A stretch of DNA of 64,000 nucleotides. Origin: the human T2T-CHM13v2.0 reference genome, Homo sapiens. Numbering within the stretch: position 1 is the stretch's first letter; the number at the start of each line of letters is the position of its first letter. Below, one piece after another: positions 13,330-28,796 of this stretch. The notes below the pieces were generated by a model, which saw nothing but the letters and a program-made list of their open reading frames with translations, was not told the origin of the DNA and ran no database searches. The stretch is taken from assembly GCF_009914755.1 (NCBI RefSeq), contig NC_060930.1. The stretch is one strand, 5' to 3'. Made by a program: the position numbers and the translations under genes.

Positions 13330-16300
13330 CCTACAGCATAAAATCCCAGCACCTGAATTTTGTGCTGTAATTCACATCTGGCTGTAATCTCCTCTACTTG
13401 TCTCAACTCTCACATCCCACATATGAAATGTCCACCATGGCCAGTATTTTTTCAGAGATTCTGTGCTTTCTTATTCTTTTCTTCTGCCTATACTATTTCC
13501 TGGATGATCTTCTCTTTTTTTTTTTTTTTAATTTTTCTTATCAATATCTTATCCTCTCCTCCAAGCTCACTTTAGCTTCACTGACTGGAAGAAACCTCCT
13601 CTGATCCCACTAATGGAAAGGGATTTCTTCTAAAGGAAGGATTCTGATGTGTATTTATTGTATATTTATCTTGTCTCATCTATTACGTTATAAGTACTTA
13701 GAAGATAGGGACTATTTGATACACCTATCTGCATATGCCTTCACAAATAGCACAGTGACTTCCCTCAATAACTCTCAAAAATGTGCAATACATAAATTGA
13801 AGGGAAGAATTCTATTTAGAAAATAGGTTATAGGCTATATACAGATATGTGTGTATATATATACATATTCATGTATGTAAATATATATACAGACTCAACA
13901 TTTCATAATTTAATGAATAGGGAAAGACTCAGCAAGATTTTGTAGGTCCTTAGAGAAGGATAAAGAACAAAAATCTTCAGAGAGAATCAACACTAAGAAC
14001 ATTAGGGCTGGAAGATACTGCAGAGAGCACTGCGCTCATTTCCCTCTTCTTACAGATGAAGGAGCTGAGGCTGGAGAAGTTAAGAGACCCCTGCTAGATA
14101 GGAAGGCACGTGAGAAGTATACTGCTCTGTCTCCTGTGGTAAGTACAGGACCTGATACTTAAGAGGTCAGTAAACATTGGCTGAATGAATGAATGAATAA
14201 ATGATCAGTGCAAAGTAAACACATCTGGTGAACTCAAACTAGGCTACATAGCCCCTGATTCTCAGAATAGTAGTATTTTCATTCTACCATGTAGAGAGGG
14301 GAAGGACAGTTGGGAAGCAATGGGGAGCTATATTTAAAACAGAATTTCAGCCAACCATTAAATTAGCCATTTAACAGTTTTTCTGGCAATGGCATCTAGG
14401 CATATGTGGATTCACAATAGTTAATTACACCTTTCCTTCCTTTTTGAATGACCCTCTCCAAGTTGGTCAGTGCTGATCTTGCTGGCATTTTTCTGTGCAG
14501 AAAAGAGTATATATGTGTTTTCAATAATTTTCCTAATTATCAGTGATGGATTTTCATTGATCCCCTATCCTTTCGTGTCCTGGTCCCTTTCATACATTTA
14601 TTTGTTGCTTGATATTTTACAGAGCACCTGTCTTATGTATTCTATATCATCAAATTTTCAAAGCAAACTTATTAGTTTTTATTAGCGCTTCCACTTTGAA
14701 ATGTGGAGCCAAAGACTCAAAGAAGTTAACTTAAACTGATCAAACGTCACATAGCTAAGAAATGTTGGAGCTGTATGTGTCTTCTATATTATTTTCAAAT
14801 ATTATGATTGCTTCTCTGATTGCTTCTCATTATTAATTGTATTGGATAAGAGCACAGATTCATTATGCTGAGGCAAGGGGTATAATTTGTGGCCACTGAA
14901 CGGAGAAGCCGTTGGGCAATCTCATGATCTCAGTCTCCCCAGATAATTTCTTATTCTTTATTCTCTTCAAACACAATTTTGATGGTTTAGTACACATGGA
15001 AAGAAAACGTTTCTTTTAATAGCTTTATCTAATATAACAATAATCGGAATAATTGTTAAACTGGCTTCCCAAAACTTTAGTTGGGGGTACTCTTGCATTT
15101 CTGAAGCTCTGGCGTTGGGGAGGTAGTCACTGACATTTCTTTGAGAACCCTGTACATGTGGCCATGAACCCTCTGCCAAAGATAAGGAAACTTTATTTAA
15201 AGCTTGAAGATTTTGAAATGTGGGGCTTAGGCTTTAATGGAAGGCGAAAATAATGCAGTCCGTGCTTTTAAACAGAATAAACAAGTAGGATAACATTAAT
15301 CAATAAGTCTTAGTTGAGGTTGCCTCACAGGAAATCTATGCACCTTACACATTCTCCGTCTGTGTAAGGCAATTTGCTTGTTGTTATTTAGATGTGACTG
15401 ACATAATTTGGCAATCTGGTTTATTAGTATACTTTGTAACAAATTGTGTCTCGAATGCCAGTGATATTTTTTTCTGGCTGTAACTTAACAAGGTGACTTA
15501 TTCTGAAGTAGTAAATGAATGTCACAAAGATTCTCTCCCACTTTCCCTACCCCCTCCTCCCTCCTCCCTCTTCTCTGTCCTTCTTTCTTCTTTTCTGCAC
15601 TTATCTTTAATCCACTGATGAAAACAAATTTTAGAACACCAAATGTTATGGAAAACTTGTTGGTCATGAGTGTTACTATGGGTATGCTATGTTCCAGCTT
15701 TTCAGTTTTAGGAAGCTTGGGTAAATGTCTGCTATTCCCTTGTGCTGCAGCCCTCCCTTCTCCCATTTCCTTTTTGGGTACTATGGATAGTTTGCAAAAA
15801 AATGCCAACGAAATAAAGTGAAGCAATTCCTTTTCAACTTGCATCACGAAATCCTTAGTGTTAAAAATGAGTGTATCTTAATGGAAGAGCCTATTAAATG
15901 AACAAGAAGTAAATAATAATGAAGTTATCTTGCTAATTAACCTGGACGGTGACGTGAATTTTGCTGCAGCTGAAACTCAGCAGTACAATTGCCCTCTTAG
16001 CAGAGTTCTGGTGCATCAGACTCTCACTGTTCTCTGGTGTTCACATGTCTAGCTATTTCAAGAATGTTTGTATCAAACTTTTATTACAAATGCTAATACT
16101 GGGTAATTTAGGGAAAAAAGTGACAAATACTTTCTGTGGGGAGAAAAAAACTATTTCTTTCATTTCAGGGGGCCTAATTATAACACTCCTTTCTATTTTA
16201 GTCCCTATTTATTTTCCAATTCTTTGGGGATTGGGTAGTATTTAACAATGAAACAAGCAGTGCCCCAGTGCCTAATTAAGATTTTCTTGTAGGATTAATA

Positions 16301-16514
16301 AGTCATGTCTCATTAGCCCCACTGAACTGGAGGTGTTAATCTTCACCTTGACATTCTAATTTTGAAATAAGTTTGTGGATCAAGTATTGAAGGATGTTGA
16401 GCAAACAGTTTGATTAAAGCCACTGAGTCTTCAGATGCCAGTCTCATATTATTGATTCAAATGCATCCCTACATACAAATGCTTAGATGTGTCATTTTAA
16501 ATGTACTAAGCAGT

Positions 16515-16816
<302 letters not shown>

Positions 16817-17770
16817 CTAAGCAGTGGTCTGGAATGATTGCTGGAAGAAGCCACCATGTTTTGGCCTTTCCCAACAAAGAAAGCGAAAGTATCTTTGCAT
16901 GTTTCCTGAATTACCTGTGTTTCTTCCTATGATGATTTTTTTATTTTTCTCACACTGGGGAACAAGCAAAGAGGTCAGAGCATAGCAGCCACAGAGAACT
17001 CTTATGTTTTCTGGTAGAGACTTGCAGGAGGCTATGCCATGGACATTTGCTGGCAATGCTGTCTGAGATAAGTGGCCTCTTTTACAGTGACATGGCAGAA
17101 GGCAAAACCACTCTCAAACTCTCACTCAGTTAAAACATCCTAGACTTTTATCTCTTCGTTTTTCCAAATGACAGTGATTCAACAGGCCAAAAAGAGGTCA
17201 GTGGAGAAGAAATTATATGCCACTGTCATTTCTGTGATTCTCAGTTGCATCTTTGTAAAAGTAAAGAGCTGGGCTAGATAATCTCTTAGGGTCCTTCCAT
17301 TTTTAAGATGACAGTGCCCTTACTTTAGTGACATAACCCATGCCTACCTCTAGGAAGCTGAGCTTGTCTTCTTTGTTGTCTCATCCCCAGTACATCACAC
17401 ATGGTGTTGAATACATAGCTGCTGAATGGGTGAATGAAGCGGGGCCTTGAAATGCATTGTAATCTCAAGTGTAGGCTGAATATGATGAGCTCAGCACTGG
17501 GAAATCTCTCCCCAAGGAGCTTTTAATATCATTGAAGAAATTAGCTTGAATAACCTGAAACTTAGCACACCTAAAGAACACTCTGTGGTAAGTGGCACAA
17601 TGTATGAGGCAGGTTTTATGGATCACAAGAGGTTAGAGAAAGTCATGCAGACCTTATAAAAGGATAGCTACAAGTTGGCAGCCATTTTGGTTTTGGCAGA
17701 CAGAAAAATAGAAATAAAAATAAAATGATAAAAATCAACATATATGTTGTATACTTGCCAGATGTCAGGC

Positions 17771-18130
<360 letters not shown>

Positions 18131-18468
18131 TAATTCTTATAACTCCATGAGACTGGTAGAATGATCCACATGTTACAGATTAGTGAAGTCAGGATTGTGG
18201 AAGTTCAATAACAAGTCCAAGGCCACACAGTTAACAAATGGTGGAAGAGGAATTTGAACCCATGTCTGACTGGCTTCAAAGACCGTAATCCTCCACATGC
18301 ACCAGTCTGCCTGAACAGGAAGTACACTGGGTTGTTAAAGAACCTGGCTTTCAGGATGAATGTGGCCTCTCTAATCAAGCTGCTCCTGATGAATATGCAC
18401 CTGCCTGTTCTCTTTGCTCATTCATCCCTATAAGGCCTGAGAATGACCTTGTATCTTTTTTGTTTGTT

Positions 18469-18472
<4 letters not shown>

Positions 18473-18510
<38 letters not shown>
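18473..18510. repeat. (TG)19 microsatellite preceded by (TTTG)n
   Basis: Read directly from the sequence. Confidence 0.95.
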
Positions 18511-18512
<2 letters not shown>

Positions 18513-19807
18513 TGGATGTTTTCTGTCTGCCCCTCTTTGCTTGTCTCCACCCTTGATATTTACATTTGTCCTGGCTTACCTACCAGGCTTGGATTGGTTT
18601 TGACTTCTAGAATCTGATGATATTACTGTTCATTTCGCCTACCTTCTTCCAACCTTCTGGCTCTGCCATGGGCTTTGCCTTCTGAGTTCTGTTATGGGTT
18701 CATCTCATCTTTCTCCTTTTCTTTTCTATACATCTGGTTTCCTCTTACTCTTTACCTGGGCTCCCCATTGTGCAGTATCTATTCATCATGACTTAGGGCA
18801 GACATGATGACAGATGCATGGACAACCCAAGCTGGAACTAAAATCTGAGCAGACAAAAAAAACGAAAACAAGCCTGCTTTGTATAGAGGCCAAGAGGAAA
18901 TTATTTGGAAGAGAAAATATGATTTGTGTTAAGAATGGGAATATAATTGAATAGGCAGGTACATTAGATAATAGACCTTCTAAAAAAGCAGACATGGGCA
19001 TGTAGATGGTAGTATAGCAAATAGAGCACCAGCATGCAGGACTGAAAAAAGAAACTGCATGTTCAAAGCTGTTTATATATAATAAAAATTCAATCTTGAA
19101 TAGCTCTGACAGAAGAGGGAAGGGAAAAGTAGAGTAAGGATACCAAATAGGATGGTGATGCTGATTTATCCAGACATAAGACAGTAACAGCTTGCACCAG
19201 TGTTGAGAAGTTGTGTAAATAGAAAAAAGGGGATGAGGTAGAGCCAGTATTAATATTTTAAAGAAAAAGTTGTTAGGACTTAGAAGACGACTGGATATAA
19301 TATATGCCATTTTAGGACTGCCCTAGTTTTTAAAAAATCTTGACTTATTTGGGGGAGTTCAAGAAGAGGTGCACAAGGAAATAATTTAAAGTTAGTTTTG
19401 ATACTTCCCTAAATATTTACAACAAGTCAAACTTCACAGTGGATAGGAAAGCAACCAGCAACAATCCAATGTTATAGTGTTATTTAGTTTTAGGTATTCT
19501 TGGAGTTTGCTCTTTGATAGTTTCCAAACCATAAACTGAGATTTCTCAGAGGTATGTGAGACACTGAAGAACAAATTCCTGTTAGAAATGTAGGAACCCT
19601 TCTGAATGGGGGGTAAAGATCAGAAAGAATGGAGTTATTCCTTTTTTTCCTCCTATATGGTAGCTATTCTTGGGACATTTATTCTAATAATCCTAAGCCT
19701 ATATAATAACGATCCAAGTTATGGTATAATATAATTTCCTTACAGCAATAGTTGGAGGTAAAAACACTCAGTAATTTCACATTTTGTAAACATTATAAAA
19801 GTACTCC

Positions 19808-20295
19808 TATGATAGACAGGGTGGCTGTCATGATCCCTGGTCCCTGATATTCATGCTTTTGTAGAATCTCCTCCCCGTGAGTATGGGCAGAACCTGTGAC
19901 TTGTGTCTAGCCCACATAGCAAAGGTGATGCAATGTCACCGTTGTGATTTTTATACATGACATAAGATGGTCCTTCTAGTAGGCTTACTGTGGACTCTCT
20001 ATCTCTGTTGCTGGCTTTGAAGGAGGAAGCTGTCATGAACCTTCAGCTGCTAGAAACTGAATGCTGTCAACAACCACATGCAGGGAAGCACATCTCCTTC
20101 CCTTAGTTTAGTCTCCAGATGAGAACCAAGCCGTAGGTGACACCTTGATGGCAGTCTTGTGAGACTCTGAAGCAGGGAACTCAGCTAAGCCATGCCCAAA
20201 CTCATGCCCCATAGGATTGATGAGGTAATAAATGCATGTTGTTTTAAGCTGCTAACTTCGTGAGAATTTGTAACACAGCATAGAAAGCAAATACA
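19808..20295 (+). mobile_element. MLT1E/F-type MaLR solo LTR
   Basis: GTGAGTATGGGCAGAACCTGTGACTTG and TGCTGGCTTTGAAG motifs; ends ACAGCATAGAAAGCAAATACA. Confidence 0.8.
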
Positions 20296-21859
20296 CTTCA
20301 CTTTTGGCCCTCCTCTTTCATTGGCTGTATAAACAGTGATTAGTGCTTCCATCTTCCCAGTTGCAATGACAGAGACCCTGGAGCCATTCTGGCCTTCTTC
20401 CTGTCCCTTATGCCCAACATCTAGCATCTAACCACTCTGCATGTTCCAAAATCCTACCTTTCAACCAGTTATTCTTTTCTTTGCTTCATACCCGTCAAAC
20501 TAGTGAAGTTCAAACTACACAACCCATGCCTTTCTTCAGGGCTGATGGCTACAAGATGCTCACATGAATATGGGAGAGGGAGGGAGGCAGCAGAATTACC
20601 AAGGATAAGGGGCAAATAACCAAAGAAGACAACACTGATAGGCGATTTAACTGAAGCAGGGTGGTGCTAAGGCCTTTGCTGAGACTCCAGTTAATTCTAC
20701 TGTTGTCCAGGGCATCAGTAGCCCAAAAATGACCTCACTTTACTGTAGAGGCACTTTTGACAACTTTCTCTACCAGCTCTCATCATTTCCTGCTTGGACC
20801 AAATGTTCACTCTGACTTGGAATCTTATTCCCCCTCTAATTTATCCTCACGTCTATTCCCAGACTGATTTCCTAAAGCAGAAACCTGGTTTATCTTACAA
20901 TATTTTCTACTAGTATTTAGGATAAATTAAAACCCTTACTGTAGTCCCCAAAGCCTTCCATAGTGTAGTTGGTCCCTGTTACATCTCTGGATACGTCTCC
21001 TGTCCTATGCTCCTACCTCTCACTCTGTATTTCAATGATACTAATCATTTACAGTATAGTTCCTGGGGCATATTCATGCTAGTTTCATCTCCATATTCCT
21101 GTTGAAGTTATTTTCACTGTGCAGAACATTCTTTTCCAGCATTTGTAAGACTACCTTCACCTTACCTTTTAAGATTCCATGGATGTATTTTAAACCTTCA
21201 GGAAGCGTTCACTCACCTATTAAGAAGGATAATTTTAGGCAAGGGCAGAGGCTTTGTGGGTATCCAGTGGAAAAAGCATCAAAAATACTGCAAATTGTTC
21301 ACTAGTCCAAGGGAACATCACCCTTGAGCCCGTCATCAAATCTTGACCATAAACTAGTGTAATGTTAAAAAGTTCCAAACATGTTAGATGGCTGCCTCAG
21401 TGATAATGCATCTTAGGTATCATTTTGTATATCTTTTCATCCGGCTACATGAAAGTATAATGAAGACATGCCTCTTTACTGCAATAACATTAAAATAACA
21501 TCTATTTGGGTAAGTGTACGCTTTTACCAGTTAACGTAGGACTTTTTTTCCCCATAAAAATGTTTTTCACAGTGAATCTCCAAATGATTTCTGAGATGAC
21601 TGGAAAGGTTACCAGGTGAGAAAAAATGAAGAGAGATGTTTAGCAACTGAGCATTTGAATAACCAGAGATGATGTTATTATTACATTTTTGATGCCATAA
21701 ACGTGCACAATTTGTGTGGTACATAAAGGGAAGTCAACTTGGGTTTAAAAATTGGGGAAAAAAGTCAACCAAATATGTTTAGGTATCAAAACTGGTCCTA
21801 GCAGTTAGTAAGGAAAGTAACTAACTTTATTCTTCGTTTGGAAATTTAATAGGCATATA

Positions 21860-21878
21860 AGTGCCACTAGGGGGCTCT
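21860..21878 (+). promoter_or_regulatory. Candidate CTCF binding site (forward)
   Basis: AGTGCCACTAGGGGGCTCT closely matches the CTCF core CCASYAGRKGGC and sits in non-repeat AT-rich DNA. Confidence 0.6.
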
Positions 21879-24800
21879 CTAATATTCCATAGGTGGGAGG
21901 CCTGACTATCACAGCAGGGGTAATAGAATAATGAATAAAAATGCTCTGTAATTTAAAGTATATTCCTTAGTCATATTAACATTTGCATGTTTGTACAAAG
22001 CCTGAAAAATGGAACTTTATTATTTTAAGGTTTTCTAGTGTTAAAAATGTATTTATGGTAAATAATTTAGAAATGCAAATGTAAATATGCACCTGATAAA
22101 GAAAGGAATAATGTGCTTCATTGCACTCAATTTCTTTGGTGTAATAAAAAGGGGAAAAAAAGAGCTTCCTCTAGTTTCCTGATTACTTTTCTTCCTGAGT
22201 AATACAAAACAAAATGTTTAAAATTTTTGCCACCTGAATTATTCCATCAATTAATAGATAATTATTTATAGATATGAAATATGTATCTCTATACATATAT
22301 ATAATTGGATATTAGGTTGTTTAACCTTATTCAACAGAATATACAGAATAAAGCTTTTAAATTGTAAATACTAATATATTACCAGTTAAAGGAATTCATT
22401 AAAAGGCTTGGTCCTATGTGGATATACTTATGAAAAAAGGTAACTTATTAGGGTATATTTCATTTACTGTTCTAAGATATGCAAAATGCAAAACTTGTTT
22501 AACAACTTTTCCTAGGAACATTAAAACATATTAAAACAAAAGCATTATTACCAGGGAAGGAAATATTGGGTATTTAGCATCCTTTATATTGTATATTGTA
22601 ATTTATGTTTGTTTCCATGCTTTCAAATATGTTCCAATTATAAGAATTCCGTGTTGCATATTTCTTATATTTTTCTATGATTGTCAAATGTTGTGGCATA
22701 AATATATAAAATTCTGTATAGAACTATATTTGGAGTCTATTTTGTGCTCTGGAAAATATGAGCACTTTGAATTGAAGTAATCAAAATTATTTTGGGGATA
22801 GAAGATTTAGGGAATGAGAAAAGAAGGTAATTTTCCTGAGCTCTACTTCCTTATTCTTTCCTTTTTTAAAAAAAATCAAAGTATAGTATATATTCTCATT
22901 ATTTTCTGGTTTCCCATCTCAGCCTATTAATTCCAAACCAAAATTTAAAAAACAGATTTTTAACTAACTCTACCCCTAAAGGACAAAAATGGAGTAGTGA
23001 AAAATTTTGTGGGCTGGCAAATAATTCATTCTTATTTTTAGGTTTATATGTGTAGATATGTATTTTCTTTTTCTTCTCTACAATCAAAAGACAAATGCAT
23101 GACTCATGTACAGACATTTACTTCTCTACTTCTTTCACTAGTATAGTACTTGGAAAAGTGAGGGTGGCCCCAGAAAGGAAAGGCTGGGAATTAAATGGTA
23201 ATATAAGCTTTCTAATTCAGACGTTTTACTAAGCGAGTGAAGAACATACTTTAGAACATTCAAGGTAGTTGGTAAGATAAAGTTATTATGATCTTTTGCT
23301 TAACCTGGAAGTTTTTGGCTGTGACAATTCTCTTCCTAAAATCATTTGCTTTCTTTTATTTAAAACAAAAAAAGCAAGTAAAGAAAAACCTTCAACTTGG
23401 TAACTGAAGTTAAAATCAGAAGATCAGTTAATTTGTTAAATGTATATACCTTTACAATATATTTGCAAACACTGAGTGGTCACCAAACCTGGAAACAAAA
23501 CATATAACAAATAATGTATTAATATTATATTAAATATAGATGATAAATTAATATTGTCTATATTTTCAGACTTTATGGCCACTCTCAAATTATTTTTCCT
23601 CAAGTACATATATATGTATGATATGTATATATTTATCACTATCAAATATATATTTTAATATATAATATTAAATTATATATTTGAAAATGATTATATATTT
23701 GAAATTATATATTTATATGCTTGAGCGTGAAAGACAACTAGGAAATACTTGATGAATGGGCATATTAAGCAGCTATATAAACCGTAAGAAGAAAGAATAA
23801 ACATTTATTGTTATTCTGGATAATATCTTCTGAGGTAATTTGCATTCATCTTAGAATAAATAACTGTGTAAAGCCATTGGTGTGTATTTTTTTGATTTCA
23901 GTGTAAAAAGTGATTAAATAATTTAATGTCATAGGAAGGCTAGCTCATCTTGCATTAAAAATATGTACATACACACATATATGTGTACATGTATGTACAT
24001 ATATTTGTGTATTTTTTCCTTGAGCAGTTATGAATTTATGCACTGGTGCCAACACAATGAACTATAATGCATGTTTTTATTGAGTTTAATGTCCTGTTGG
24101 AGATAATAAATATATACCCGAAGTTAAATAACAATACAAGAAATGATGTGAGGTGGAGCAGTCAAGAGCTGGTCTAGAACTCCTGATAGATAGGCAAAGA
24201 TCTCTGAGTCAGCGCTAGTCTTCCATGTTGCAGAAAGGGCTGCTCTTCCATGCTGCAGAAAATAGCCACCTTAGGAATACACTAGAGGGTCAGCCATAAG
24301 CCTTAGCTTGTTAGTCAAATTACAGGGCCAGCAAGCTACACCTGTTTTAAGAAGTACAAGTTAATTTTAAGGATTTTAAGGCAGCAGCCCTAATTGAAAA
24401 GTTCCATCTACTTAGATCATTTGTAAGACCTCATTTGTCTTCCCAGTTACTAGTAACAAACTGTCTTCTGAAAGTTTTTGTTACAGATTCCTAAATTTTA
24501 ATGCAGAACTTTCAGTATAAAATTGTCTCATCATAGTAATTCCTATTCCCTAAGGTCTATTTCAGATCATTGTTTTTCCTTTAATCTGGAGCACAAGGCA
24601 CACAGATCATAAAATTTAGAGTACTGCAAAAGTCATTGAGTAATCAACAAAAAGTTAATCAATTTGCAAAGTGAAGTTTTCATCATGTGTCTGTACCTAA
24701 GGCCAATAAATCAAACTAAGTGGATTCAGCTCTCTAAGCTAGCATGGAGGGAAAGACCATATCCCTTATTAGTTTATTAGGATTTTCTCTAATCCCAGTA

Positions 24801-26663
24801 GTTGATTCCAAATAATCCACATATATTGCTAGGTGATGACCCCTCTCCTCTTCCACACTAATTTTCCATTCTAATAGCCTAATATTAGCGTCCATGCTTT
24901 ATCCCAGCTGAATCAGGAGTGCAGCCTTACCTAGGCAGCTGAAATCCCCACAGATATGACCCAAAGCTGCATGATTATTATGACTCTTGGCCTTTTCATA
25001 TATAGTTAGTCAATATTTACAAGCACTGCAGTCTATGAATAAGGTACAGCTCAGGGAATAACTCCTAAGAAATGGAAAAAAATGTGGCTAGTTTTCCTAC
25101 AGTCTGAAGGAAAAGAAAGACCCCAACTTCATGGTTCATATTCTAATATGTTTTACCTTTTATCCTATATTGTGGTTCTCTCTGGATAGAATTTTCTAAA
25201 AATAAATTTATTCTTCTACAATGATTTATTCTAGGAGACATAGGATGACAATTCCTAGCTGAAGCCTACATGTGTGTTACGAACCATACACAAACAGACC
25301 AATGTGTAGATAGGTGGCATGAGCTCACACCCTTCCCCACATACATGTCTTTCATCAAGACAATCTTTATAGTCTCTGGGTCACGTTCTCCACGCAGAGA
25401 TTGCAGACGATAGAGAGGCATCCTACCACACCTCGGTTAAAGAGAAAAATTTGATGTCTGGACATGTGTAGTCTTGTGGAAAGGAACCTTATTTCACTCA
25501 TAGACGAGCAGTAGTATGGCTAGCAGTATTTCCCCAGAGATGGTCTGATTTAAAAAAAAAATCGATATCAACTCTTGACACATTTTCATTTACATCAGCA
25601 CATGGCTTTCAGTCGGGGCACAAATCAATAGGCAGCTTTTAACACTGCCCAACTATTTCTTCCTATTGGGCTTGAGGCAGGCCATTTGCCGTTAACATAC
25701 CATGTTTCTTGGGGGAGGAAGTTTAACTGTTTTTCCTGTGACTAATCACAACAGCCTAAACTGTAGCATTAATCACACGACATTTTCTTCATCACCACTT
25801 ACAGCCAATTGACTTTTTACTTAGTGAAAGCATTTGAAGAAGGTGACAGTTGTTCTAAGGGGGTCAAGAGTCAATGGAAAGAAGAAATATTTAGTTCCAA
25901 AACATACACAGTATATGGCTTCAAAAGCTGACACTATGCCAGGCATCATTAGAAGGCTTATCACTCTATAGGTACGATCTCACAGTCAAGATGGAGGAGA
26001 AGATTTGTGTAAAATTAAAGTGCTAGCTAAGAGTCATAGCTTTTGGTTTGAAAACAATTAATCTGGGCCTTTCTATAAATTAAAAGTCACATCAAGGGTC
26101 ACTAGTAATTGGCAAAGTGTTTTCTCTAACTTTTGGAAGTGAATTATTTTTCTGTCTTTTTTTCTAAAACTAGCAGGAAAGTTCAGTTAGGTCTGATGTC
26201 CTGTGAGGCTGGCAATCTGTGCAGTATTGGCAGTCTCGATTAAATGTAATATCTGGTTCATTGCTGCAGCAACTCAGATTTCTAAATAATGAATCAAATT
26301 CTTACATTATTCAAAAGCCACAAAAGGGTTATTAAGCCGAATAAGCAGATACTCACAAAGGTTTACAACATATTTATTTAGGGCAACTCCAAAGCACAAA
26401 AGTAACATGTTTTAAAAATATACAAAAAGACAACTTCCTATATGATATTGCATTATATCTATATTGTCCCAAACAGCAGTATCTTTTTAGAGTAGGACTC
26501 TCCTGGGATGTTATTCTCCTCACATGCTCCTAAAAAAGCACCACGTGGTTAAAAAATTTTGAAGAATGATGTAATTGAGGACAGAGTGCCCCTTTTGTTG
26601 ATTTACAGTGCCTGTGGGTATATCAAAAGCTCCAAAAATATTTTCAATAAAGAAAACTGTGTA

Positions 26664-27322
26664 TGATGCTAGTGAGGCTGCAGAGAAAAGGGAGTGCTTA
26701 TATACTGCTGATGGGAATGTAAATCAGTTCTGCCATTGTGGAAAGTAGTTTGGCAATTTCTCAAACAACTTAAAACAGAATTATCATTTGACCCAGCAAT
26801 CCCATTATTGGGTACATATCCAAAGGAATAGAAATTATTCTGCCATAAAGACACATGCACACGTGTGTTCATCACAGCAGTATTCACAATAGTAAAGGCA
26901 TGGAATCAACCTAAATTCCCATCAACGGTAGACTGGGTAAAGAAAATGTGGTACATGTACACCATGGAATGCTATGCAGCTATAAAAAATAATGAGATCA
27001 TGTCCTTTGTGGCAACATGGATGGACATGGAGGTCATTATCCTAAGCAAACCAACTCAGGAACAGAAAACCAAATACCACATGTTCTCACTTATAAGTAG
27101 TAGCTAAACATTGAGTGCACTTGGACACAAAGATGAGAACAAGAGACACTGGGGCCTACTTGAGGGTGAAGGATGGGAGAAGGGTGAGGATCTAAAAACT
27201 ACCTATCAGGTACTATACTTAGTTATCTGGGTGGTGAAATCTGTATACCAAACCTCTGTGACACACAATTTACCTATATTACAAACCTGTACATGTACTC
27301 ATGAACCTAAAATAAAAGTTTA
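26664..27322 (+). mobile_element. L1 3' fragment (old L1PA / L1PREC-like)
   Basis: ORF 26865-27107 is the L1 ORF2 C-terminus (KAWNQPKFPSTVDWVKKMWY...QEQKTKYHMFSLIS); 3'UTR ends CCTAAAATAAAAGTT. Confidence 0.9.
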
Positions 27323-28346
27323 AAGAATGTGTATTAACTGCAGAGTTGCCTCTACTGCCTAACCATTCAATATGTTACTGCACTCCTGGCTTGGAAATGG
27401 TTGCACATAGTTCTTTCTACCTGAGGTCTTTGCCATTCCCAGAACGTAAGCTGGTTCCGGAATCTCTGTCATTCGGCACTGAAATGGGAGCTGATTTGTG
27501 GATCTGGAGGAGCTCACTGTTGTTTGTCTACTTTCCCCCATCTGGAGCAGGAGGACTGGTGTTCTAGACCTTTTGAACATTACCATGATGGGTCCCCAAT
27601 GCCTTAGATGCCCAGGGAGAATTGTGCCATGATTGAGGAGGGTACAGACAGGGATAACTTAAAGGTAATAAACTTGGACCACAGTAGCTCTACCCAAGGA
27701 AGCAAGAGGTAGACATTCTGGCTTGAAGAGATTTACATGGTCTTTGTTTTCCTTTTTTGAACGCTCAGTTTATTGGATTGTTTGCCTATGCCAAAAATCA
27801 CACACTATAATCTTAGTTCAAACTCCATCCTTAAAATACATCATAATGCTAACATGCTGAGCCACAGGTAGGGCTGTGTAAAAAGTTTAAAATCTGGCTT
27901 TTTAAGCACGCATTACAGAAAAATTCTGAACTCCAGAATGTGCCAATATCACCCCTTCCTTTGACAAAACAGAAGTTTCCAGACCAAGATAAAATTTTAA
28001 ACCTCAAATAAAAATTTTTCTTCAGATTCTACACTTCCAGATGACTTTAGTGACTGTAAAGAATTTTTTTTTGAAAAAGAGAATTTTCAAAATAAATTTC
28101 TAACTCACCTTAAGTTAAAAATCAATACTGTACTTTTAAAGAGGAGAGTGATGCTATCTGAAAAAGGATCAAATAACAATTGTTCAACCCTTTTATGGCT
28201 TCTGTTTCTTACCCTGTTCAGTCTCAGCTACTTGCCTGCATTTTAAGGCCTTCTTCTTCCCTAGCAGTGTTTATTGAGGCATGATATACAGAACTTTTAA
28301 AAACTTTTAATAAGTATGAATTCATTTTAGTACGTATTAAATTATT

Positions 28347-28462
28347 GGGAGGCTGAGGCAGGAAGATCGTTTGAGCTCAGGAATTAGAGATTATTATCGC
28401 ACCACTGCACTCCAGCCTGGGCAACAGAGCAAGACCTTGACTCTTAAAAGCTTAAAAAAAAT
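28347..28462 (+). mobile_element. Partial old Alu (AluJ/FRAM-like fragment)
   Basis: GGGAGGCTGAGGCAGGAAGATCG...CCACTGCACTCCAGCCTGGGCAACAGAGCAAGACC followed by an A-rich tail. Confidence 0.75.
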
Positions 28463-28796
28463 GATAAACACATCAACCTCTGATTTTATGAATATTATGT
28501 TTTATGATAAGAGTAATGTGGGTGCAAAAGGGGAAAAATGAGTTGATTTAAGAAAAAATATTAACTAAATAATTGTATAGATGATTACAAGACATGATGG
28601 AAAAGCTCATGAACATCAGCTAGTTGACTTCAGAGAACATAGTCAGCAATACATTTCTTGTTGATTGACTATATTCCTTTCTTTCTCTTTCTTTTTTTAA
28701 ATTAATTTTTTTTTTATAGAGACAGGGTCTGACTCTGTTGCCTGTCTGAAACTCCTGGCCTCAAGCCTAACTGTATTCTTTATTGTTCTAATTTTC

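Noticed and set aside
15485-15847. Overlapping 120-aa and 100-aa ORFs
   Set aside because: No recognisable protein family, they span a low-complexity CT-rich tract, and there is no convincing exon structure.
18786-19310. 174-aa hydrophobic ORF
   Set aside because: The F/L/I/S bias is what T-rich antisense DNA produces; no domain is recognisable.
23490-23720. Extremely AT-rich tract as S/MAR or origin
   Set aside because: Low-complexity TA-rich sequence is common, and nothing beyond composition supports a function.
24220-24262. Short direct repeats (also about 2474-2510, 39984-40012, 62950-62983) considered as CRISPR-like or regulatory arrays
   Set aside because: Each has only two copies, typical of slippage microduplications. 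There is no repeat-spacer array, and the DNA is mammalian.
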